From assembly GCA_964187785.1 (NCBI GenBank), contig OZ076409.1:77626001-77690000 (forward strand): a DNA stretch of 64,000 bases. The letters are read 5' to 3'. The DNA is from Amphiscolops sp. MND2022 (taxonomy: Eukaryota). The position numbers and the translations under genes are program-made. Shown piece after piece: positions 13,201-26,600 of the stretch (position 1 is its first letter; the number at the start of each line of letters is the position of its first letter). The notes beneath the pieces were generated by a model. That model worked only from the letters and a program-made list of their open reading frames with translations, was not told the origin of the DNA and did not search any database.

Positions 13201-15128
13201 CAGGTATTCTCTCATGAAGCTCGAAAATGCTTCTAAACCGTGCTCAGTCCTTGTGCTAAACGCTTGTAGGCGAACGTCCTACTTGCGAAGTTGAAAGCTA
13301 GCATTTCGATTGACCTCTGATCTGCCATTTGCAGGCAATGGTATACCTGAGAGCAGTCTAAGTTACAAAACAGTTTCTTCCCAGCTAAATGTTGAGCTGC
13401 GTCTGACAAACGAAAACTGGGCTTGCATATTTTGAAAATGGCAGTGTCGTGATTATTCCGTACCTGTGCATTAGTGCCAACTCGACTGTTATATCTTATT
13501 CAAGTTGATTGGTACTGGTAAGCTTTGTGTATAGATTGGACGCTAGTCTTTCGGCGTCAGTTTCACTTTGAAGCTGTTGTTAATGCCGATGTCAAGTCGA
13601 TGACGTGCAAAAATGTCATTACAATCGATTATCGTTTGTTCAAGCTGTTTTCTGTCGTTTCCTTTGATTTGTGATCCCTCCCATTGGAACATGTCAAGAA
13701 ATATCATTCTTGACGCTTGATCTATTGTCGGATCTAACTCCTCCTTTTTGATGAGTTCAGGTTTTTCTTTTAGAATTCGTCGTTGTATTGTGTGTGCTCT
13801 TCTTCGTTTCCTGGGTTCTCAGGTGTAGGGAACCAAAAATTTTCACTGTTTTGTTCATTTTCATTGTATTTCATGAGCTCATTCACATACATGTGGGTAT
13901 CATCAGGGTCTTGTAGTAGTTTGAGTGCGGCAGCGTCAATGGGTCGTATTTGCTTTGTTTCTTCAGGCTTAAGGATTTGTAACGCTGCCAGTTTGGTGTG
14001 ATTTTTTTTGTATGTGGGAGATCCGTGAGATTGGCTAATCGGGGATATTGATTCTTTTGTTGTGGGCTGTGGCCAACGCTGGTGCGACGATGATGGTAGC
14101 TGTCTCGCCGAATTGTGGCAAAGGCTGTACCGTCCCAGTGACGTGGTTTGTGTTCGTGGTGATCACTATTGCACTCACTCTTGTTGTTTGTTGTGGCGAT
14201 AGCGCTTGATTTTCTTCTGCCATTATTTGGAGCGGTTTTGGATTACAGTTTTTCATTTCTTCCGTCATGGCCAACGTTATTTCGACGTGCGGGAAGTTGA
14301 TGGTACCGTTGGTCGTATCTAGTACCGTTTGGTGATTTCTCATGAAATTCAGCCCTATTATTGGGAAAGACGTCTTCGAAAGGAGGACGAAGGTGTCAGT
14401 GAACGTGTACGTCCCTATGTTGAATTTTATATCGGCGGTGACTATTGGTTGTTCTAGCTGGGCGTTTGCAAATTCAATTTTGAAAGGAGGTCGGGATACT
14501 CCTTTATGATGCAGTTATCACTGTTCATTTTGATTGCGTTGTAATCTGACCATGACATTGCGTTGATGAATGCTCCTGAGTCGACAAGTCCGTCCATTGT
14601 GATTTCACCGAACTCAAGTGGTAGATAGTGCCTCCGTCGTCGCTTTTTGAGCGGTATTGTCAAATGTAGTGGTATACAAGTGCTTCCGTCTTTTTCGGTT
14701 ACGTACTTTTTGACTGGATTGAGTGAGGTGGGGAAATTGTCTGGGAAGATGGATTTCTTGGTGGAGCCGTAATTATCTTCCTCTAATGATTGTGACGATA
14801 GCTGTTCGTCAGGGGCATTTTCATTTTGTTCTGCTTGTGTTGCAACTGATTGGTCTTTGGTAGTGTGAGGAGACTGGACGAGAGGGTTTATGTGATGTGT
14901 ACGGTCACCTCTATAGCCTTTGTCTTGGGCATTGCGTTCCTCCTTTTCTGGTTGTGAGAGTGGTCTTCTTATTGAGCCGAGTGCTTGTCGTCTTAACCAG
15001 TCTTTGGTTGGTGTACCATTGCATTCTATTGTTGTGTCATTAGCGTATGTGGTAGGGGGATCTTCTGTTGAATACGCCCCCGCGTCTACTGTTTTCCCGA
15101 AGCGCAGGCGCGGCGTAATTAGTTTTTT
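10267..15128 (-). pseudogene. pol: pol of element A (PR-RT-RNase H-IN), many frameshifts and stops
   Basis: PR LVDSGA (14454-14663), RT QYVDDIG (13003-13215), RH MTDASF (12445-12711), IN HPG..C..C and SDKGSQF (11083-11888). A ~100-bp RT deletion near 13410 relative to B. Confidence 0.93.
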
Positions 15129-16509
15129 GATTCATCTCCAAATTTAGCTGTCGATTGTTGGGCGGAATTTCGTTCTTGTTGGAAGTGTTGCTTAGGCCTC
15201 GGATCGATGGCCGAGTTGGCTCTATTCCAACAATCTTCCGTTTTATGAGGTTTGCCGCAAGTTTCGCATTTGACCGTGGTGCCTGTACTATTTTTGGTTT
15301 GCTCGTTGTTTCTCCGTGTCTGTTGCCCTTTATCTCGTCTCATTTTTCGACATTCTGCTTTGAAGTGGCCGAATTTATTGCAGTAACACAGTATCTTTTT
15401 TTGGTATTGTGAGTAGTAGTTTGAGCAATAATTTAAGCTGATTTGACTTCAGGTTTTGTTTGAGCAGGTTCTATTTTATTTAAAGGGACCAAGGTGACCT
15501 CGTCTGGTGCTCCAAGGCCATCGAGTCGCATCTCTCTTTCCAAGTGGAGCACGATGTCGTTGTACAGTTTGTCTTCGAGGTATGCCCTGTTAAATATCTT
15601 CTTAAGGTGATCGGGCATCTTGGCATATGTTGCCTTTTCGATGAATTGTTGGGCCTCTGATCTGAAGGCTTCCTTGGCGGTTTTTTGGAGGACGTCCAAA
15701 CATTTGTGTAATTTTTGTGTGGAGGGATCAAATCTAAGTGCGTCCCATTCGCATCTGTCTTTTGCCATTGATAAGTAGTCGCCAAAACGGCGTTTGAAAA
15801 TCGTCATGATTTCCCCTAACGAGTCTTTTTTCGAATGTTCTATGTTGCAAAACGCTTGTAGTGCATATCCACGGAGTAGGGAATGAAAGTATTTTGTTTT
15901 TTGGAGTTCCGTGAGGAGTGGGTACATGATGTTGTTGCGGAAAAGATCCTCAAAAAGTTCGAAGTTTTCGAATTTCCCGTCAAACGTTGGGAGTGATGCC
16001 GTTACGGCTTTTGGCATAGGTAGCAAGTGGTTGTCGTTCTTTTCCGCTCCAAAAAGTGTTCTGGCTACCACAGGACGCTCTTTAGACGCTGTTTGGCTTC
16101 GGGACCTTATTTTTGATCTTTTCGGGTAATTTGAGGAATCGGTTAAGACTCCTGTCACCATGTTACGACTTACGTTCGTATCGTTGTTTTAGGTAAAATT
16201 AATTCTAACTGATTTTGTAGGAGTGTAGAAACTTCACGTTAGTGTAAGAAGCCTTATCATTTCCCTTTGAGACTCTACTAGGCGATTCTTGATTTCGGAA
16301 GTATTCTCTTCTTTCAAAGACGCTCCTAAACTTTCCAAGAAACTGCCTTCAATTCTGGTGGATTTTGAATTAGACGGTCCCGCAACACTTACGTCCCGGT
16401 CTAAAGGACAAGAATTTTCCACTACAACTGGTGAAACAAAACCTTCACTTACACTTTCAATAGCTTCTTGTTGGTTGTTTCTTCTCTTTTGGCTTCTTTT
16501 AGTCGACAT
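15119..16509 (-). pseudogene. gag: gag of element A, starting inside the 5' LTR
   Basis: MSTKRSQKRR start at 16509, LPTFDGK capsid-like motif, Zn knuckle CETCGKPHKTEDC, ends ESKN* at 15119. Homologous to the 20072 ORF. Confidence 0.88.
16146..16160 (-). promoter_or_regulatory. Primer-binding site of element A
   Basis: TGGTGACAGGAGTCT directly abuts the LTR end ...TAACA. It resembles tRNA-Leu-type PBSs (TGGTGTCAGGAGT); the primer tRNA is not verified. Confidence 0.8.
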
Positions 16510-17526
16510 TTTGATGAAGAAAGATTTATTTCAGATGAATTCGATATATCTTCTGAGTATTTTTCAACAAAGTTGAATGAGGTTAAATGAGAAAAAATGA
16601 ACAAGTTTTTGAGCAACTAATTTTCGCAACTAGAAAAGACTGAGTCTCTTGATCAACAAAATGCATCGTAGTTATACCCTCCTAGCATCATTTGATCACA
16701 ACTATGTTCCTAATTTCTTTCAAACAATTAATCAATTCTCGTTTTTTCGGTGAAAAAATCATTATGCTCCCAAATTTGTGTCAACATTTCGTCAAATTTT
16801 AAGGCACGGCAATCTTAATCTAGAATTAGTCATCAACCATGATCATATCATTTCATTCCGGCGTCTTTTGCTTCCTCCCAAGGAGGAAGTAGATATTACT
16901 TCAGTCTGTCAAACCGGAAATGTTTCCCTGTTTTTGTGCTTTGGTTCGTAGGAAAATTGACGCAGAGATGACGCTGACGTGAACAACTAATACCTGATTT
17001 TGAATTTCAACTTGAGAAATTATGACCAATTATCATGATTTAGCCAGTTTGATGATGCTAAGAGAACTAAAGGGATCAGATTTTCGTTAACTCTATTTTT
17101 TTAAACAAATTAGCACGCATAGTCCCTTTTGTTAATGAGGTAAAATCATAGTCAAACGTATTGATAACGTCAAATTAGGTAAGCTTCAACAAAAACGTCA
17201 AACAGTAACAGCAATTCCAAACGATAATAGACTTTGTTAAAATCCAAAATGTATTTTCTGTTTTAGATCTGATTGATGTTCTTTTGGAGATGATTTTGGA
17301 TATGTTTTCATTTAGATTAGCTTATGATTTCTTTACTTTAAAACGTGTTTTAATTTTGTTTTCAGGTGACGAATGTTACTATTTTGACGTGACTGAAACG
17401 TCTTGCCGGAAATGCGTGAAAATTATTTTAGTTCATTTTACTTTCTGTTTTCATTCTCGTTTGAGAGTTGCGCAAAGCGGACGTATATTTTGCATTCCTA
17501 GTCACAGTTTATCTTAAATTCAAGTT
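16161..17526 (-). repeat. 5' LTR of element A (internal ~0.8 kb segment missing; cut by gap)
   Basis: Aligns to 2444-~3610, jumps to ~4418-4686, then runs into the N gap. Confidence 0.85.
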
Positions 17527-17726
17527 NNNNNNNNNNNNNNNNNNNNNNNNNNNNNNNNNNNNNNNNNNNNNNNNNNNNNNNNNNNNNNNNNNNNNNNNNN
17601 NNNNNNNNNNNNNNNNNNNNNNNNNNNNNNNNNNNNNNNNNNNNNNNNNNNNNNNNNNNNNNNNNNNNNNNNNNNNNNNNNNNNNNNNNNNNNNNNNNNN
17701 NNNNNNNNNNNNNNNNNNNNNNNNNN
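17527..17726. other. Assembly gap (200 N)
   Basis: Run of N. Confidence 1.
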
Positions 17727-18098
17727 CATCACTCGTTGTTAAACCATTTCATTCCCGCGTGGCATCTTTTCCCACAGACAGGAATTAGATTTTACTTTGC
17801 GTCTGCAAAAAAAGTTTTGAGAACCCTTTCAATAATTCAGCAACTTGCAAACCACCAAAGTTTCCGGCAACTAACATTCATCATCAGTGACAACGCAATG
17901 CCGAAGAATAATTATAGAGAGATGTAAAGGTATTTACATGAGAGAGAGGTTTTTTCATGCATTTTTGCAGGAGAAACATATCAACATTGTTATCAAGTTC
18001 AACTAATGGGTTGAAAGTATCACAAAAGATATAAAAACGTCAAAAATGTTCATAAGGTATGAAAAAAAATCAGAAAAATCATTTTTCACAAAAATGGC

Positions 18099-20450
18099 TG
18101 TCACGACCCGCTCCCGGTCGTAATTTTACTTGCTGCTCTGGAATACCTGGATTCGGCAGAGAACATGGACAAAGGCAGAGTAAATACCTTTAAACTTTGT
18201 TAAACTAATCAAATTCTACTTACAGTACAGTTAAATAAGTGCGAATAACTTTCCAAATACGGAATTCAACGTATGCGTTACGGAAGATTTCCAGAAATGA
18301 CTTTAAACTAGCTAAAACTTCCGGTCTAATGTTTTCACACACAACACCGTTTTACTTCCGGTTTTATCTTCTGAGTTTTGCCACTCCAATCTAAATATTA
18401 AAACAATTTTGCAGACGGGATCGTTTTGGCGCTCCACACTTAAATAAAAACACAGAATCGACATTTAACTCCGAGATCTCAACGGAGTCCATAAGATCTA
18501 AAATGAAAGAACATACAAAAATAGAGTGGAAATGTATTCCAAAACAAGAGTAGTTGTTAAATATCCACTTAAAACCGTAGTCAAGTGATTTTAAGCAAAC
18601 GTTTACAATGTAATGACATCGTCACTCAACTAGGCAAGCAACGGGCGCTCCTATTTTCACGGGCCAATAGCGTCACTCGTTGGCAGAATTATCTGAGTTA
18701 ATACCAATAGATTTACGCTTGGTTGCCCTTAGCAACGCTTACTAGCTAAGAAAAGAGAATAGAATTGCTTACGCTCTCCGTTTTCACTCCGCCTGCTGCT
18801 GCTGCTCAGCTATAAGCAACCTTAATACATGCGGAACGCTTACGGAGCAAATTGTAAAATTGTATTCCGCCGCTCAGCTATACCTAATCTTGATACGTAC
18901 GGAACATCTACGGAGCGAATTATAAAATCGCAAATGAGAAATACTGGTCCAAACGAAATCAAAATGAAGCTTTTCTAAATCGATTCGCTTGAAAGATTTA
19001 AGAGTTAAGATTCTAATATAAGGAAAACTGTACTGTAAGGAAGGATGATAGAAATTACAATGGTATTTTTATGTTTTGGATTTGTATCATCATGGTAAAT
19101 CACTAAATCGCGTTGACATTATGCTTTGTTTAGTACTTCCTTAATGGAACAAATCTACTTGGTTTACTATGGCAATTAAAATATCTTTATAATAATCCTA
19201 ATGCAAGACGTAAAGTCAACGCTAATTCCTTATTTTCAAGCCAGTAGTAACGGCTGTATTTTGTGGTAACAACAATCAGGCTAATGACCAAACTATGATT
19301 ATGTTCTGACAAATTTTACGGTCATCATGTAAAATGTTGAAGTTGCTTTCCATTTGATATTACAAATATGTTGCGCTCATCTAGTTAGCAGTATAACCAT
19401 TGTTACATTCCGTTAAAGTCCCGTTTGGACTTAATTTGTGTTCAAAATGAATGATGTAGTATGTCATTAGCAGATAATTCATATGTTTGAATTTGGGATT
19501 ACCGTTTCAGCATCGTTTGTTCTTTCATACCAAATTTCCATATTTTTCTTCCGCTTCCAAGTTAACTCATTTCGTATTGATTACGTCGCCATTTTTGAGT
19601 GTCATTCTTTTACTTCGAACTTCAATTTCCTAACTTGAACGCTGACTAATTGATCACGCCGGCGTGCCTACGCTGATGAAAATGTCAGCTAGACTTCTAT
19701 TTTGCCGCAATTTTGAAGCTCAAACAGGAAATGAATCGCTTGAACAAAAATGATTTCAACCAAGTTTTACGGAACACTGACGCAACTAGGAATTTTGATA
19801 CCTGATTTTACGACGCGGAACTGAAATAATATGAATCATTAGCGCGTTTTGTTGAACGAACCCGATTTTTGTGATACCTAGGAATTTTTAGGTGAGGAAC
19901 AAATGATGCTGGGAAGGTATAAATATGTAAAACATACATGTAAATCAGTTAGTTTTTAACCGTCTTTGTAACAATTAGTTCTGTTCCGTTATCATAACGT
20001 GTTCAAAAGAAAACTTAAACCTTTGAAGAATTCAACTTTTCCAAAGATACTTTCTCTCTCTCTCGACCGAAATGACAACCAGAAGCCAGAAAAGGAAAGC
20101 TGTAGCCGAGTTAATCTCTGGTGATTTTGAAACCTCTGTAACCGAAAACTTTACGTCTGAAACCCTTGTAGCTAGTTCTAGCAAAAGTCCTAGGATAGAG
20201 CCAGAAGGTTTGGCTGAGATAAAAACGTCACTAAGAAAGGAGATTATGTCTGATCTGTCTAAAATACTTGCGGAAAACCAAAAGGAAATGCTTAAACTGA
20301 TAGCACCTTTAAACAAGAAACAAACAGTCCACATGAATGTTCAAGACTCAGACTCTGAACCAGAGAATGTTTCCGTACCAAGGACGTCTACCCCCGTCAA
20401 AACTCATATAGCGACTAACTCTAAAACAACTCCGGTTAAAAGTCCTAACA
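18099..20450 (+). repeat. 5' LTR of element B (2352 bp)
   Basis: Direct repeat of 33412-35788 with TG...CA ends, followed immediately by a TGG PBS. Confidence 0.95.
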
Positions 20451-21480
20451 TGGTGACAGGAGTCCTCAATGACTCTACCAACCAACCCACGAAAAGATCG
20501 AAACAACAACGCGCATCCAATGAGCAAACACAAGACCATCCTTCCACATCTAAAATACTGTTCGCGCCACAACCGCAAACATTTCCAGCTACCAACCTAC
20601 TTCCGATGCCGAAAGCACTCATTGCTTTGCTTCCAGTCTTCGATGGTAAGTCCGAAAAGTTTGAACTTTTTGAGGACCTATTCCGAAATAATATCAAAAT
20701 GTACCCTCACCTAACCGAGATACAAAAGATCAACTACTTCCATTTACTCCTACGCGGAAACGCGCCACAAGCGTATTGTAATCTAGATGACGCTAAAAAA
20801 GACAACCTAGAAGAAGTCATAACGGCATTCAAACGTCGCTTTGGCGATTTCCAATCATCTGCTAAAGCGAGATGCGAGTGGGATGCGCTGCATTTTGACC
20901 CCACTAAACAGAAACTCCATGAGTTCCTTGACGCCCTGCAAAAAACTGCAAAAGAAGCATTCGGCTCAGAAGTACAAAGATTCATTGATAAAGCAATCTA
21001 CGCCAAAATGCCGGACCACGTCAAGAAGATCCTCAACAGAGCATATTTGGAAGATAAGCACTACAATGACATAGCTTTGCATCTTGAGAGGGAAATGAGG
21101 TTAAACGGAATAGGTGCGCCCGACGAAACAACCCTAGTCCCACTCAACACAGTGGACGCCGTAGTGACGGACGATAAAAAAGACCAACAACAACGAGGTC
21201 ATTGCTTTCACTGTGGCAAATATGGCCACTATAAAGCACAGTGTCGCAGACTTCAACGAGAGCGTTACAATATCGCCAGAACAACCACAAAAGACCCAGC
21301 CCAAAACGAAGTACCCAAAACCAAGTGTGATACATGTGGCAAGATGCACAAAACTGAGAACTGCTGGATAGAGCCAATGCAGCAAATGACCCCAGAAGGA
21401 AGAAACGAGAATTCACCATTCAAACCAACAAAATCAGTGAACAACCCGTACCCACACTGTCCTCCCAGCCAAAAAACTGA
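20072..21480 (+). CDS. gag: gag of element B (starts in the LTR; probable 1-nt lesion near 21367; native stop TGA 21478-21480)
   Basis: LPVFDGK motif and two Zn knuckles, CFHCGKYGHYKAQC and CDTCGKMHKTENC. Comparison with A (CWNRANSAIDP...KN*) places the true end at PKN*. Confidence 0.85.
20451..20465 (+). promoter_or_regulatory. Primer-binding site of element B
   Basis: TGGTGACAGGAGTCC directly follows the LTR terminal CA. It is absent after the 3' LTR. Confidence 0.85.
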
Positions 21481-21547
21481 AATCGACGCGCCTACGATTT
21501 GGGGAAAAAGTAGACGCGAGGGCGTACACGATAGAGGACCCCCAAAC
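21471..21547 (+). promoter_or_regulatory. -1 ribosomal frameshift signal (A_AAA_AAC + stem-loop/pseudoknot)
   Basis: The heptamer directly precedes the gag stop in both A (15122-15128, minus) and B. The -1 frame peptide is conserved (RLRFGEKVDARAYTIEDP vs RLRFGKTVDAGAYSTEDP). Confidence 0.8.
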
Positions 21548-22896
21548 AGGTCTAAGAAAGATTTTTTAACCGAATGTAATGAAGAACCAACTCAAGACTG
21601 GCAACGCCGTTGGAACGTAGGCATGATTCTCAGACATAACGCCAGACACCCAGAAGAACCAACGCCACTACCCCAGTCGATAACGGAGTCGCCCGATAAC
21701 TATGCGACACTCAAAAGACCGTTGCCGGAATCAAAAACAGAACGAATTTATATATACGACAGAGACTGCAGGTGTGACCCCTGGGATGAACCAACTATCT
21801 ATGATACAAATAAACTAGCCTTCAAAATCCAAGTCTCAAACCATCAAGCTCAATCTACGGAGATCACAAACCTACCATCACCACTGTCACCGATCCTGAA
21901 AAGAACAACACCATCCCCAACAGTACCCGTCACCATCACGTCCACACCGATAGACGCAGAGAATATCATCTGCATTGAAGATAAAACAATATGGGCACAA
22001 CAGGAAAGAAGAAAACGAGAGAATGCCGACCCTCCAGCAACCCCTCCAAAAACCGCGCCCGTCACAGCACCGACGAACGACGACGTAGAAATCACGGAAT
22101 GTCCCTCAAAACTGCCTGAAGATCTGGATGCCATCAAAGAATTCATCCAACATGACAAAGACGACGACTACTTTCCGCTAATGTCTGCCATCGCTACCAA
22201 TCGAATTCAACATAGTCAAAATCGACGCCCTAGTCGACTCAGGTGCGTACATTAACGCTATTAGTGAAAGGGACGCCGAAAAACTCCGACAGCACGCTAA
22301 CCAGTGCATCGTCAATAAGGCACCCCCACCCCCTTTCAAAGTGCAGTATGCCAATGCGAATTAGAACAACCACTCGCCACGTACACCCTACGTTTCAAAA
22401 TAGGGGATTACACCTTTGAAGAAACATTCATCATCATGAATCAAACGTCATTCTCCATAATCGGACTAGCGTTCCTACGTAAACACGCCGCAATTCTCGA
22501 CACTGCACAAGTAACCATCGACTTCCCTAAGATCCAAATCACGATGGCACTCACAGATGAGAGACAAAAGTGCAATCCCAAGCCCATCACAATAAAGACC
22601 GAAGCCAAGCACACAATTCCAGCGCACTCTACCCGAATCATTTACGCAACAATCCCTGTGAGCACAGAACACTCAATAACTGGCACAATACAACCCTTAC
22701 CACAATTTGACGAATGCGCAAAAGTAATAGTAGCCCCAGCAATCACAACATCCAGAGATAAAAAGATACCAATTAAAATCGCCAATACCACGGATTTCCC
22801 ATACACAATAGCCACCGACACCAAAATGGCCGAACTACAAATCCTAAAACCCGAAGAAACGAAGATGATCCGCCCAGTTGACATAGCCGCCCTGAA

Positions 22897-23636
22897 CATT
22901 ACGATACATATCCCCGCAAGCAAGTTCCCAGATCTTGCGACTTGCAATAATAACCAATCACAGTGAGTTATTACGATGTTGACTGTTTTACACTTTTCTC
23001 TTATTACACCAAGTGATAATTAGTTACACTGAATGACTAAAATTCACTAATTGACTGGTTTACACTATTTTCCGGTCCATAAATTTACACTAATTGACTG
23101 AATTACGCACTGATGCAGTACTACGCACTTTGACTAAATTACGCGATTTTCCACTACGCATTTTGATTGAATTACGCCGTCTTACTAACGCCGGTACGTA
23201 TGCGTTAATTGTTTAATCGCGTAATTCAGTCAAAGTTAATGCGTAATTTAGTCAAAGTATTTAAACTCCAAGCAACTATCCAATGTAAATTTATGTGTTT
23301 GAAGCAATTATTAGATTGCCGTAAACTAGTCAAACTTTGACTACTTTACACTTTTCGGTAGTTTAGTAAATGAATACCTCATTAAAAGTGGAATTTAATC
23401 AAACTTTGACTGAATAACACCTTACTAAATTAGCTTGTAAATTTTGACTGTTTTACACTATTTACTAACTACGCATTTTGACTGGAATTCACCGCGTTCA
23501 TATTACACTGTGCTGCACCACTACACGAGTGGATTACTACAGTCTTTGACCAACTTACAGTAATTGACTATTTTACCCAAAATACTATTTACACCAAGTG
23601 ATCACTTTCCACTTTTGCGGGACATGTATCGTAATG
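22897..23636. mobile_element. Non-autonomous DNA transposon (CACTA/EnSpm-like MITE, 740 bp) inserted in pol of B
   Basis: TIRs CATTACGATACATATCCCCGCAA / TTGCGGGACATGTATCGTAATG, 2-bp AA duplication, and many internal TTGACT..TTAC(A/G)C repeats in both orientations. Removing it restores DIAALNLLTD. Confidence 0.85.
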
Positions 23637-26600
23637 AATCTTCTCACTGACCATGACGATGTGGTCACGTACATTAGTGCACTAATGCAAGTAGAGCGGC
23701 CCAAAGATAATGAAGAGAAATTCTGGTTCCCGACTCCAGAACACCCAGGCAACGAACAAGAACATTCGCCCATACAAAAGCGAATCTTGAAAGAACTACG
23801 ACACCTTGCCCAACTAGAAAAACTTGATCCAACCGAAAAGGAAGAGTCTCGCAACAAATTCCTATCCATGTTCAAATGGACAGATTCACTGATCGCGGGC
23901 AAAGACCGTGAAAACCTTGAGGACACCATTGTCGAATTCAACGACATCTTCGCTCGACACCGACTAGACATCGGGATGAACACACAATTCAAAGTTAGCC
24001 TAACACCACAAGACGGTAAACCAGTCTACACACAAAGCCTACCAGTCCCCATCAACCTCAAAGAAGATCTAACTGTGGAACTGGCCCTCATGCACCGATA
24101 CGGTATCATCACGACACTCCCCTTCTCCAAGTACGCCAGCCCCATATTTGCACAACGGAAACCCAACGGCAAGCTGAGACTACTGGTGGATCTGCGCAAA
24201 ATCAACGCACTCATAGCAGATGACTACATCAACAACAACCACCCTGTCAGCACCCTCTCAGACGCGGCACAACACCTAGCAGGGAAAAAACTATTTTGCA
24301 ATCTTGACTGCTCCCAGGCGTACCACTGCCTCCAAATGGCAAATCAAAGGTCAGTAGAATTACTTGCTTTCAATTTTGCTAGTAGGACGTTCGCCTACCG
24401 TCGCCTGGCACAAGGACTAAGCAGAGCTCTATCAGCCTTTTCGAGCTTTATGCGTGAGTATCTGGATTCAGTCATCAAAGCAGACCAATGTGCACAATAC
24501 GTAGATGACATTGGCATCGCCGCAAATACAACGGAATAGCTCATAAAGAACATCAGAGCAGTTTTCAAGTGCATTAGAGAGGCAGGACTAAAACTAACCT
24601 TTGAAAAATGTCACTTTGGAGTAACCCAAATTGAATTTCTTGGCCGAACCATCACCTGACGGAGTGGCCCCGCAAGACCAAAAAGTCAAAAGTTTCCTCT
24701 CCAAAGTTCGCTTCCCCAAATCCAAAAAACAAGTTCAAAAATACATTGGCTTTGTTAACTATTACCGCAATTACATACCGCGCTTGTCAGAAAAAGTCAT
24801 TGGCATGTACGAACTTCTCAAAGCAGACTCCAAAATCAGAATTTCAGAAGAACTTGTCGATAACATTAAAGAAATTAACGCCAATTTAGCGGAAGCTTGT
24901 GGAATCGCACTCAGACAGCCCAAAGCAGGGAAACAATACGTTCTAATGACGGATGCAAGCTTTCGTGCATCAGGCTACGCCCTCATGATCGAGGAGAACG
25001 ACGAACGCAAAATACTCTCCAAACGGAAAACTTTCGCACCAGTAGCGTTCGGATCACGAGTTTTCTCACCTGCACAACTGAAAATGTCCATCTACTGCAA
25101 GGAATTCTTAGCAATCTACCACGCCTTCCTCGAATACAGCCACATACTATGGGAAACAACAATTCCAACGCTGGTCTTAACAGACAACCGCTCAGTAACT
25201 AGATTCTTCCAGACGAAAACGACACCTCCTGCACTCTGGAATGCCTGTGACTACGTACTACAATTCAAGTTCCGAATTATGCACGTAGCAGGCTCCCAGA
25301 ACACGGCAGCAGATTTTCTCTCAAGACTTGAACAAACACCGAAAGAAAAGGTACAACTTAAACTACGAGACGACATCCTAACGTCCCCAATTGAGGTTAA
25401 TCTACAATCATCAGATGTAGCTGACGAGGAACAACTTTTCTTTCTACCAGACGAAGAAGATGAATATGAACAAGAAATTTTTGCCCGAAGAGCACTCAGC
25501 AAGCGACGTGCCCTAGACGAACATGAGAGAGAACTATCAACAAAAGTAACCGAAGTCATCAAGATACCACTCAACTCAGCAGTCTACTCCTTCGGTGCAA
25601 TTAAGGAAAATGCACGGATCAGAAACGAACAAGATGCAGACCCTCTCCTCAAAGCACTGAAACAACGGATCTCACACGAAGATTATGACAAACACCTCCT
25701 CAAAACTGAACCACGAGGACGAAACCTATTACGCCACGAAGAAAGAATCATAATGAAAGATGGAGTCCTGATGCGAAAGTACTACGGAGAAGACGGATCA
25801 GTCACCCATAACCAAATCATAATTCCAAAACACCTCGATCCAGAACTCTTGTCTACTCTACATGGGAAAACAAATAAACACCCAGGAATTACCAAAATGA
25901 TACAAGAATGCAGAGCGAAATACTACTTCCCGGGTCTTGCACGCAAAATCAGAGCTTGAGTAACCAGTTGTCAGGATTGCATTACCAATAAAAGAATCGA
26001 CACGACACAGATACGTCCCAAAATGCTAAGCAACACTGAATTCACAATGGGACGACAAGACTGTCTAGAAGTAGACATCCTTCCGAATCTACCTTCCTCA
26101 AATGGATACCAACACATCATAACGATGATGGATGTTTTTTCGCGTTACCTTTTCGCTTACCCGACACTGGATATGACAGCAAAAACAGTCGCACGATGCA
26201 TAATAGACGTCATGACACGACACTGCTACCTACCGACCGTCATTCTAACGGATAAAGGATCACAATTCAGGTCAGAAAAAGTCAACCAAATAGCACAAAC
26301 ACTGGATATACGGATAAGCCACGCGTCGACGAAACACGCTCAAACGATTGGCATCCTAGAAAGGACTCATGCCTCTTTGAAAACCTCCCTAAAGATATCA
26401 ACGGGAGAAAGACGCTCTCTGTGGCACAAATACGTCCAGATTGCAGTCATGAATTACAATACAAGCTACCATGAAGGCCTAGGTTGTGAACCTACAACAG
26501 TGTTTCACGGACGCATTCCGTACAATATTTTGGACATAAAACTTGGATTGAAACCTAACTGGGAAAAAGATAGCATCGAAGAACTAACGGCCCAACTACA

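Larger units (their letters stand above)
2444..17526 (-). mobile_element. Element A: decayed Ty3/Gypsy LTR retrotransposon, family 1 (5' end runs into the assembly gap)
   Basis: Two LTR copies, a PBS, a PPT, and gag/PR/RT/RH/IN fragments in Gypsy order on the minus strand. Proteins are colinear with element B. Confidence 0.92.

Noticed and set aside
10270..16576. Many short plus-strand ORFs over element A gag-pol (and minus-strand ORFs over B)
   Set aside because: They are antisense shadows of coding sequence with no conserved peptides between A and B.
17468..17788. ORFs spanning the N run
   Set aside because: Artefacts of the assembly gap.
21367..22255. 727-aa ORF taken as a natural in-frame gag-pol fusion
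   Set aside because: Comparison with element A shows a frameshift lesion near 21367 and a conserved stop plus -1 slippery site at 21471-21480. The read-through is a decay artefact.
22960..23600. Repeated TTGACT...TTAC motifs as a CRISPR-like array
   Set aside because: Spacing is irregular, repeats are degenerate and in both orientations, they are bounded by TIRs, and the context is eukaryotic with no cas genes.
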